DNA of 64,000 bases from Betaproteobacteria bacterium (GTDB taxonomy: Bacteria > Pseudomonadota > Gammaproteobacteria > Burkholderiales > SG8-41), in the NCBI GenBank assembly GCA_025363435.1, contig JANYDY010000090.1:24030-88029 (forward strand). Direction: 5' to 3'. A program made the translations under genes and the position numbers. The notes under the pieces are model-generated. The model had not been told where the DNA came from. It ran no database searches and saw only the letters and a list, made by a program, of their open reading frames with translations. How positions within the stretch are numbered: the stretch's first letter is position 1; each line of letters starts with the position of its first letter. Shown here in pieces: positions 44,668 to 52,910 of the stretch.

Positions 44668-47600
44668 GTGAATAAACGAAATTTTTTCAGCAAAGCCATT
44701 ACCTGGTTGTTGATCACAGCACTGGTTAATCCCGCCGCGATGGCGCCGGCGTTTGCGCGCGACACCGACATTTTCATGGTCACCAACACCGGTTCGACGG
44801 TGGCGGAGCCCAATATCATGATCGTGCTCGACACTTCGGACTCGATGAACCTGTTTGAAGACTGGCGCGAATATCCCGGCGCCTACGACTCGCACGTCGA
44901 GTATCTGTGGAACGACCTCACAGTCATCGGCAACAGCACGCAGCCTAACTACGTTTCCGAAAACAGTTCGTATATTTCGTCCGGCGTCGGCCCGGTCGTC
45001 ACCTCGATTACGCGCGTCGGCAATCTTGCAACGGTGCAATTCGCCGCCAATCACAACTACCAAATTCTGCCGACGCCCTGGACGGTCGCTGTCTACAACG
45101 CGACAGATCCGCTCTACAACGGCAGCTTTCCGATCAACAGCATGCCAACGTCGACGCGCATCACTTATGTGATGACCGGCACGCCGGCGGCCAATGCCGT
45201 CGCCACCGGCGGCACCCTGCTCTACGCGTCGGCACGTAGCCCGAGCCCGTCCAGCACCCTGGGTTTCTGGGGCGGTGACACGCCCGAGACGCGTCTCGCC
45301 TTGTGGAATTCCGCAAAAACCTATGCCAACGGCACCGAAACCATTGGTGTCGGCGACCCCGGCGTACGCAATGTCTGGCGCAACTACAACGACGCTTCAT
45401 GGATGTACTGGACGACCGCCAGCATTTCATCGATCCGCCTGCGCTCGCCGAGCTTGAACCGTTTCCGCGGCCACATTCAAACCATCGGCGGTACGCGCTC
45501 CGGCGTCACCTTCACGGCAACAACCGACTACCGCGTCTACAACAAATGCAACGATTCCGGCAATGCGCCGGTTGCCGACGTTGCGTCCAATACCAGTGCC
45601 ACCGGCATTTCGAGCCGCATCGACCCGGTTGACGGCGTCACGCCGTACGGGCTCACCCCTTCAACAATTTTTGCGCCGTCGAGCGCACCGCGCAACAGCG
45701 GCCGCTATCGCGGTCAGGAATGGATACGCTGGGAAAGATTCCTCAACCTGCGCGCCGGCCGCTTCACGAACAACGACTCTGACTGGAACTCGGCGGGGTT
45801 CACTTTCAACAACAACAACGTCGGCGTCGCGCCGACATACCCCATCGGCGCCGGCCCGTACACCATCGCCGGAGGTTCGGGCGTTGGTAACGTCGGCCAG
45901 AATATATCTATGCGCGCCAACTATGCGATCAATGCGGTCAATGCCTCGACGCTGCGCGACAGCTGGCCGAATACACCGGGCTTCAACAGCACGACCAATA
46001 TCGGCTGGCAGGGCCAGCCGATCCGCACGCGCATCGACAAATCAACTGCGAGCTCGACGCAAAGCGGCGACTCCTACGCCGGCTGGACCACGCCGAAAGC
46101 CGACCTTGGCGGCTTCCAATTCGCCAGCCTCATCACCGGCGCACCGTACAGCAACAGCTTCGTCGCCAGCGGCGGTTCGACCATAGGTACGGCCAGTGCT
46201 GCATTGGCGTGGGGCGTACTGGCAGAAGCGCTCAATATTTACGGCGTCACAGGCACAACCGGCGCGTTCAACGCGGCGCCGGCTTACCCTGTCGCAGGCC
46301 ACGTCCTCTACAAAGCCTGGTACGGCAATCGCGACAATCCGCCTGGCAGCGGCTTTTCTTTCACCACCGGCACGCCCGCCTACTACGACCACGGTGCCAC
46401 TATCGGTACCGTATTCAACGCAACGACCATCGACCTAACCGCTGCCGCCAGTAATGGTCTCAGCAGTTTTACCGTCGGCAACATCGTCAATGTTACGGAT
46501 AACGTGACCAATCTGGTCGAAACCATTGCAACCGTGACGACCTTCGGCGGACAGCCGCGCATCACCGTAACCGGCCCGTCGCTACTGACGCTGGGGGCGA
46601 CGGTAAAAATTGCCCCCAATCTCAAGCTGACGACCAGCAGCACGGTGGTCACGCAAACCGTGTGTACACGTACTTGCACGCTCGACGCCGACGGCGTTGC
46701 CGGCGCTCCAATCACGCCGGCGAGTCCGACGCAAAAAGATCCGCTGACCTCGAACAGCACCAACGGCAACCTCTATTACGCAAAAGCCGGTTCAACCTGC
46801 GTCGCCTCGGACGTTGCCGGCCTCGGCGCGACCGGCGGCAACAATTGCACCACCGGCGCCGGCATCCCGGCCGCCTGCAGTGCGCCGGTCGCCAGCGGCT
46901 CCTATGTGACAGCAACATACGGCAGTTGCGCGTGGAGCGGCCGTCAAAGCCTTTATGTCGAAGGCTACGGCACCTATTATTACGGCGGCACCTGCGGTGC
47001 GGCATCGACCTGCACGGGCCCGGGCGGCGCCAACGCCGCTGCCTGCCCGGCGGGGCGTATACTGACACCGCAATTCTTTGGCGGCGTCAACTATCGACTC
47101 AGCAATCATTGCCAGGTCAGCGGCCTGACCAACCTCACCATTAACGGCACGGCAATGGCGGGCTCGTACCTCGGCGGCAACGGCACCCAGGGTTGCAGTA
47201 ATGCCAATAACCTGACGGCAGCCTGCCCGACACGGCCGGGCGCCGCCAATCCGGCCGGCTGCTACTACGTCAATGCCGGCTCGGCGACCGCTGCCTGCAA
47301 CCAACCTTCACCGACCACGGTCTCCACCGGCGGCACGACCTCGAACGACTTTGCAGTGTTCAACATGGCCGCCAACGACACGATCCTCTATCACGATTGC
47401 ATCGCCGACAACGGCACCACCGGCAACCCCACCAGCGGCTATGCCAAGAATAACGCCGACGTCGCTTTCGGCACATCGTGGGCTGCCACGTACAACGCCA
47501 CCGCAGCCGCCACCACCGCGCCGTACTCAACCGCCGGTTCGGCGATCGCCGGCGGCAATATGGATGTCTATTCGGTCAATTACCTGAACTGGCAGTTCGG

Positions 47601-50600
47601 CCCGAAAGGTCCGGCCAGTGCGCCAATCGGGCGCAAAACGCGATTGCAAATCGCCAAAGATGCCTTGAGTGGCATCGTCGCCACCACCAACGGCGTGCGC
47701 TTCGGCCTGATGGTATTCAACCGCACGGCCTTATGCACCAACGCCACCGGCTCTATCGCGCCGGGCACCAACCTGTTTACCTCGAGCAATCCCGGCTTTA
47801 CCGCCGGGCAAGCGATACAGGTGCTCGGCGCCGGCGCCAGCGGCGCAACGCTGACCACTACCATCAGTTCATTCGCGGCCAATGTGCTCGACCCGACGCT
47901 GACCGATTTCACACTCGGCGCCAATGCCTCATCCGCCGCCACCACCGGCAGCATTGCGACCGGCTCCAACGTCGTTACGGTTGCCAACGTGACCGGTTTT
48001 GCGGTGGGTCAGCGCATAAAAATCAACAACGCCGATCCGAGCAGCCTGCCGGTGACGACCGATCTGTTTGCGTTCATCAACTCGATCAATCCATTCAGCA
48101 AACAGTTGACACTGAGCGACGTGGCGACGGCGACGGTTGCCGCCGGCACGCCGGTATCGATCAGTTCCTACATCACCACCATGGAAAGCAACCCCTGCGG
48201 CGGCGCCATCGTCAGCGACGGTGCGAACGTGGCGCGCGTGATCAAGCGCATGGGCTCGAGCTCGGTCGATCTGCCGGATTACAACAATCGCGCCACACTG
48301 ATTTCCGCAATCAATGCGGTAGTGGCTGCCGCGCGCACGCCGCTGACTGAATCGATCTACGAGGCTTACCGTTATTTCAGCGGCCGCACACCGAAATGGG
48401 GCACCTCGGCGGCAAATACCAGTTCAGGCAATCCCGCCTCGTTCGGGCGCGACCCCACGGCGATCTGTACTTCGACCGGCCCGGGTACCGGCTGTACTGC
48501 GCTCGGCGCCTATGCTTCGCCGATGCTGAACAACCCGAATACCGCCAATCCGGCCGGTTGCCAGAAAAACTATGTCGTGCTGATTACCGACGGCGGCCCC
48601 GAGGACGATTTCAGCGCCAACGGCGACATACGCAATTTGAGCTGGGCGGGCCCGCTCGGCACCGTCGCAGCGCGCACCGGACTGGATTCGACACAGACCG
48701 ACAGCACGACCGATCAGTTCGAAACCACACCGGTCAGCGGCCCCGCACCGCATCTGCCGTACGGGCCGACCGACCTTGCCGGCACGCTGTTCGACGGCGG
48801 CTATATCTGGCTCGACGAATTGACCTATTTCATGACCAACGCCGACGTCAGCCCGGGGGCGCGCAATTTCACCTCGGATGGCAGCGCCGATTCGATTCCC
48901 GGCCGACAATCGGTCAATACTTACACGATCGGATTTGCCGGCGCCAATTCGCCCGTTTTGCAGAATGCTGCGTTACGCGGCAACGGCCAGTACTACACGG
49001 CTGACAACAGTGCAGCCTTGTCGGCGGCGATCATCGCCGCACTGGCGGCGATTACAAACTGGAACCCGACTGTGGCGGCGCCGACGGTGCCGATCTCGGC
49101 ACTGAACCGTTCGGAAAACGCAACCGACGTTTATCTGTCGTTCTTCCAGCCCGATCCGACGACTGAATGGCTCGGCACAGTGAAGAAATTCCAGTTGAGC
49201 CGCTACCCCGACAACGGCGACGCAACGATCTGCGGCTCCGGCATCGGTTTGTGTCTGGTCGGCCAGAGCCGGCTGACCAAATCGGCGCCGAACGAGAGCG
49301 GCGTCTACAACATCGAGACCGTGACCGTCGATACCATTACCGGCATTACGCAATCGGAAGTCGACGTCAATGCATCGAGCTTCTGGGCGCCGGCGACAGT
49401 GCTTGACGGCAGCCGGCCGGCAGCCGGCGGCACGGGCTATCAGTTGATCAACAATACGGGATCGCCCACTTTGTTGACGCCGGAAACCCGCAAGGTCTAT
49501 ACCTTTCTGACGAATTCTGTTGCGGCTAATCGTGGCAACTCCGGCGCCACTGCTGATCTGACCAATGCCGTCAACAAGGTACACATGACGAACACGAACA
49601 TCACCAAGTGCCGTCTTGGTGACGCCGCGGACTGCGTGTCGGCAGGCAGCGGCACCATGGCCGACGATGTTCAGGAAACCTATATCAACTGGATCCGCGG
49701 CGGCGACGTTGCGGCAACCGGCACATCGTGTACTGACGGCTTGACGGCCACCACGTGCACGACCTGGCGCCTCTGGCCGCATGCCGACGTGCAGCACTCC
49801 AAACCGGCGATTCTGACTTACACCGGGGCGCCGAGTGTCCTGCAATACATGTTCTACCTGCAGAACAACGGTCTCGTCACGGCAGTCGATACCGCAACCG
49901 GTCTTGAAAAATGGAATTTCATGGTCGAGGAGGCGCTGCCGCAAATCAACGCGATGCGCACGGATGCCTCGGGCGGTGAAATTTACGTGGCTGACGGCAC
50001 GCCGACGATCTATCACCAGGACGCCAATAACGACGGCTATGTCAACGGTACTGACCGGGTATACATGTTCTTCGGTCTGCGCCGCGGCGGCCGCGTTTAT
50101 TACGCGCTCGATATCACAGACCCGCTTACACCGCTGTTCAAGTGGAAAATCGACGCCAGTCAGGCGCCGGGAACCACGGCCAAGATCTGCGTTGGCAGCG
50201 GCACCTGCTCACCGGTCACCGGGTTTAATGAGTTGGGGCAGACCTGGTCGACACCGTTTGTCGGCAAAATACTCGCCAATGCAAACCCGGTACTGATTTT
50301 CGGCGGCGGCTATGACGCAGGCAATCCGGTACCGGTATTTCCGGCGGTCGCCGGTGATGACGCACAGCCGCCGGGCACGCGCTCGATGGGCCGCGCGCTA
50401 TACGTCATCGATGCCTTCGATACGACAATCATCAAATCGTGGGGGGTAGGCCAGCCCGGCGCCTTTATCGGCGGCGGCGGCGGGTCAATGATTTACGCCA
50501 TCCCGTCCGACGTGACAGCGCTCAATACCGACCTTGATTCACAGGGCTATATCGACCGTATCTACGTCGGCGATATGCGCGCGAACGTATGGCGTTTCGA

Positions 50601-51369
50601 CGTCGGCGATGCAACACCGTCCAATTGGAACGGCAAGCTTTTTGCCACACTGTCGAGCGATATTTCCTCGGGGGAAAGACGCAAAATCATGTTCCCGCCG
50701 GCAATCGTGAAACAGAATCTGCCGTACCGTTTTGACGCAGTCTACGTCGGCACAGGCGACAAGGAACATCCGTTGTGCCTGACCGCGAACCAGGTCACGC
50801 CAACGGTCATGACCAACACCTGTGCGCAGTTTGCTCCGCAGGACAAGATGTTCATGGTGATCGATAAGGACTACGGAACAATCATGAGCGGAGGCGCGCC
50901 CAACGTGAACGCCATTACAGTTGCCGATCTAACGCAGCGTCTGACCGGCGACCTGGTCACCAATACATCGGCGTCGGTCCTGAACACGTCTCTTGGTTGG
51001 TACCGCAATCTCGATAACGGCGAGAAAGTAATTAACGCAGCGACCGTATTCGAGCAGCGCTTGCGCTTCGGCACCTATGCACCGCTGGGACAAAGCGGCG
51101 GCGCCTGCGTGCCGGCGGGCGAAGGCCGCCTGAACGAGATCGACGCGCTGACCGGTGATCTGGTGCCGATTAACGGTGCGGTAACTCAGGCGTCGGATCG
51201 TTATTACTCGACGTTTATCACGCACGGTTATATTTCAACCGGCCAGTTGATCGTGCAGGGCAAGAACATCTACCACATCGTGGTTTCCGACTCGCGCTTG
51301 CAGTCTGTGCTGGTCGGCAGCCTCGGCTCGGCAACCAAGATTTACTGGTACATGGAACCCGAGCAATAA
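44668..51369 (+). CDS. pilY1: Giant PilY1-like type IV pilus tip adhesin (2,233 aa): split vWA domain + C-terminal PilY1 domain
   Basis: GTG start with GAGG 7 nt upstream; signal peptide. MIDAS DTSDS (res 55-59). vWA/PilY1 landmarks: YSVNYLNWQF (968-977), RLQIAKDAL, VRFGLMVFN (1010-1018), TPLTESIYEAYRYFSG (1224-1239), NYVVLITDGG (1301-1310). C-terminal domain with Ca-site-like DANNDGYVNGTD and DLDSQGYIDRIYVGD...VWRFDV. Confidence 0.85.
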   Translation: MNKRNFFSKAITWLLITALVNPAAMAPAFARDTDIFMVTNTGSTVAEPNIMIVLDTSDSMNLFEDWREYPGAYDSHVEYLWNDLTVIGNSTQPNYVSENSSYISSGVGPVVTSITRVGNLATVQFAANHNYQILPTPWTVAVYNATDPLYNGSFPINSMPTSTRITYVMTGTPAANAVATGGTLLYASARSPSPSSTLGFWGGDTPETRLALWNSAKTYANGTETIGVGDPGVRNVWRNYNDASWMYWTTASISSIRLRSPSLNRFRGHIQTIGGTRSGVTFTATTDYRVYNKCNDSGNAPVADVASNTSATGISSRIDPVDGVTPYGLTPSTIFAPSSAPRNSGRYRGQEWIRWERFLNLRAGRFTNNDSDWNSAGFTFNNNNVGVAPTYPIGAGPYTIAGGSGVGNVGQNISMRANYAINAVNASTLRDSWPNTPGFNSTTNIGWQGQPIRTRIDKSTASSTQSGDSYAGWTTPKADLGGFQFASLITGAPYSNSFVASGGSTIGTASAALAWGVLAEALNIYGVTGTTGAFNAAPAYPVAGHVLYKAWYGNRDNPPGSGFSFTTGTPAYYDHGATIGTVFNATTIDLTAAASNGLSSFTVGNIVNVTDNVTNLVETIATVTTFGGQPRITVTGPSLLTLGATVKIAPNLKLTTSSTVVTQTVCTRTCTLDADGVAGAPITPASPTQKDPLTSNSTNGNLYYAKAGSTCVASDVAGLGATGGNNCTTGAGIPAACSAPVASGSYVTATYGSCAWSGRQSLYVEGYGTYYYGGTCGAASTCTGPGGANAAACPAGRILTPQFFGGVNYRLSNHCQVSGLTNLTINGTAMAGSYLGGNGTQGCSNANNLTAACPTRPGAANPAGCYYVNAGSATAACNQPSPTTVSTGGTTSNDFAVFNMAANDTILYHDCIADNGTTGNPTSGYAKNNADVAFGTSWAATYNATAAATTAPYSTAGSAIAGGNMDVYSVNYLNWQFGPKGPASAPIGRKTRLQIAKDALSGIVATTNGVRFGLMVFNRTALCTNATGSIAPGTNLFTSSNPGFTAGQAIQVLGAGASGATLTTTISSFAANVLDPTLTDFTLGANASSAATTGSIATGSNVVTVANVTGFAVGQRIKINNADPSSLPVTTDLFAFINSINPFSKQLTLSDVATATVAAGTPVSISSYITTMESNPCGGAIVSDGANVARVIKRMGSSSVDLPDYNNRATLISAINAVVAAARTPLTESIYEAYRYFSGRTPKWGTSAANTSSGNPASFGRDPTAICTSTGPGTGCTALGAYASPMLNNPNTANPAGCQKNYVVLITDGGPEDDFSANGDIRNLSWAGPLGTVAARTGLDSTQTDSTTDQFETTPVSGPAPHLPYGPTDLAGTLFDGGYIWLDELTYFMTNADVSPGARNFTSDGSADSIPGRQSVNTYTIGFAGANSPVLQNAALRGNGQYYTADNSAALSAAIIAALAAITNWNPTVAAPTVPISALNRSENATDVYLSFFQPDPTTEWLGTVKKFQLSRYPDNGDATICGSGIGLCLVGQSRLTKSAPNESGVYNIETVTVDTITGITQSEVDVNASSFWAPATVLDGSRPAAGGTGYQLINNTGSPTLLTPETRKVYTFLTNSVAANRGNSGATADLTNAVNKVHMTNTNITKCRLGDAADCVSAGSGTMADDVQETYINWIRGGDVAATGTSCTDGLTATTCTTWRLWPHADVQHSKPAILTYTGAPSVLQYMFYLQNNGLVTAVDTATGLEKWNFMVEEALPQINAMRTDASGGEIYVADGTPTIYHQDANNDGYVNGTDRVYMFFGLRRGGRVYYALDITDPLTPLFKWKIDASQAPGTTAKICVGSGTCSPVTGFNELGQTWSTPFVGKILANANPVLIFGGGYDAGNPVPVFPAVAGDDAQPPGTRSMGRALYVIDAFDTTIIKSWGVGQPGAFIGGGGGSMIYAIPSDVTALNTDLDSQGYIDRIYVGDMRANVWRFDVGDATPSNWNGKLFATLSSDISSGERRKIMFPPAIVKQNLPYRFDAVYVGTGDKEHPLCLTANQVTPTVMTNTCAQFAPQDKMFMVIDKDYGTIMSGGAPNVNAITVADLTQRLTGDLVTNTSASVLNTSLGWYRNLDNGEKVINAATVFEQRLRFGTYAPLGQSGGACVPAGEGRLNEIDALTGDLVPINGAVTQASDRYYSTFITHGYISTGQLIVQGKNIYHIVVSDSRLQSVLVGSLGSATKIYWYMEPEQ

Positions 51370-51387
51370 AACGCAGCAGGCGTAAAA

Positions 51388-51417
51388 ATCCCCGCCCGTG
51401 TGGCGGGGATTTTTTTG
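51388..51417 (+). terminator. Rho-independent terminator of the pilus operon
   Basis: ATCCCCGCC-cgtgt-GGCGGGGAT followed by a T7 run, 19 nt after the pilY1 stop. Confidence 0.85.
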
Positions 51418-51468
51418 TCTGTGGTTTGCAGCAGAGCCGTCAGCCGCAGCAGCAAGGCCGCGCGCGGT

Positions 51469-52395
51469 TCAGGCCGAGGCGAGATTCTTCGGCAGCGGAA
51501 AGGTGACGCGTTCGGTGATCCCGGAAAGCTCTGATACTTCCGTCGCACCGAGTTCACGCAGTCGCGCGACCACTTCCTGCACCAGCACCTCCGGTGCGGA
51601 AGCGCCGGCGGTAATGCCGACGCAGCGGCTGCCGGCGACCCATTGCGGGTTCAATTCACGGGCGTTATCCACCATATAGGCAGCGACACCCTGGTTCGCC
51701 GCGACTTCGCGCAGGCGGTTCGAATTGGAACTGTTCGGCGAGCCGACAACTATCACGACGTCGCACTGTTGCGCCAGTTCCTTGATCGCGTCCTGGCGGT
51801 TTTGCGTGGCGTAGCAAATGTCGTCCTTGCGCGGACCGGCAATTTTCGGAAACCGCGCGCGCAGCGCGGCGATGATCTGGCTCGCGTCATCAACCGACAA
51901 AGTAGTCTGGGTCACGAAGGCGATATTGCTTTCGTCAGTTACCTTCAAGGCAGCGACATCGGCGGGTTTTTCGACTAGATACATGCCGCCTTGCGACTGC
52001 CCCATCGTACCTTCAACTTCGGGGTGGCCGTGATGGCCGATCATGACGATTTCGCGGCCCTGCTCGCGCAGCTTGGCAACTTCGACATGCACCTTGGTCA
52101 CCAGCGGACAGGTCGCATCGAAGACGCGCAGGCCGCGTGCTTCGGCGTGTAGACGCACCGCCTGCGAAACGCCGTGCGCGCTGAAAATCACTGTGCTGCC
52201 GGCCGGCACCTCGTCGAGATCTTCGACGAAAACCGCACCTTTGGCACGCAGATCCTCGACGACGAATTTGTTGTGCACGACTTCGTGGCGAACGTAGATC
52301 GGCGCGCCGTGTATCGACAGCGCGCGTTCGACGATTTCAATCGCACGATCAACACCGGCACAAAAGCCGCGGGGTTTGGCGAGAAGTACTTGCAT
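51469..52395 (-). CDS. ispH: 4-hydroxy-3-methylbut-2-enyl diphosphate reductase IspH (LytB)
   Basis: 308 aa. [23 protein letters not shown]...FSAHGVS...[10 protein letters not shown]. Confidence 0.97.
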   Translation of the reverse strand: MQVLLAKPRGFCAGVDRAIEIVERALSIHGAPIYVRHEVVHNKFVVEDLRAKGAVFVEDLDEVPAGSTVIFSAHGVSQAVRLHAEARGLRVFDATCPLVTKVHVEVAKLREQGREIVMIGHHGHPEVEGTMGQSQGGMYLVEKPADVAALKVTDESNIAFVTQTTLSVDDASQIIAALRARFPKIAGPRKDDICYATQNRQDAIKELAQQCDVVIVVGSPNSSNSNRLREVAANQGVAAYMVDNARELNPQWVAGSRCVGITAGASAPEVLVQEVVARLRELGATEVSELSGITERVTFPLPKNLASA

Positions 52396-52438
52396 GGGGC
52401 CGGATTATATCCGATGCGCCGCGAATGCCGGCGCCGTG

Positions 52439-52900
52439 TCAGGATTTTCGCTGCGGCTTCAGGCTGTCCCACACCACCAGCGCGGCACCGCAGGTAATCG
52501 CCGAATCAGCAACGTTGAACGCCGGCCAGTGCCAGCCGGTGGCGTGAAAATCGAGAAAATCGACCACCGCACCGACTAAAATGCGATCGATCAGATTGCC
52601 CAGCGCGCCCCCCAGTATCAGGCTGAGGGCAAAGCAAAAAACCGTTTCGCGCGCATGCCGGCGCAGCAAAAACACGATCCAGACCGAGGCGATCAACGCA
52701 ATGCCGATGAAAAACCCGCGCTGCCAGCCCGCCGCAGCGGCGAGAAAACTGAAGGCCGCACCGGCGTTATGAACCAGCACGATATTAAAAAAAGACGTTA
52801 TCTCAACGCTGCGGCCACCGCCCAACCATTGCGTTATCGCATATTTCGACGCCTGGTCGAGAACGATGAGAAGCGCCGCAATGCCGAGCCAGCGGCTCAT
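52439..52900 (-). CDS. lspA: Lipoprotein signal peptidase II LspA
   Basis: 153 aa, 4 TM. VHNAGAAFSFL and GGALGNLIDR...VVDFLDF motifs. Confidence 0.95.
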   Translation of the reverse strand: MSRWLGIAALLIVLDQASKYAITQWLGGGRSVEITSFFNIVLVHNAGAAFSFLAAAAGWQRGFFIGIALIASVWIVFLLRRHARETVFCFALSLILGGALGNLIDRILVGAVVDFLDFHATGWHWPAFNVADSAITCGAALVVWDSLKPQRKS

Positions 52901-52910
52901 GTGCGGTCAC

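Noticed and set aside
48973-50016. 347-aa minus-strand ORF inside pilY1
   Set aside because: It is a shadow of the pilY1 frame, Arg-rich, with no signal or motif. The plus-strand frame carries clear PilY1 C-terminal motifs.
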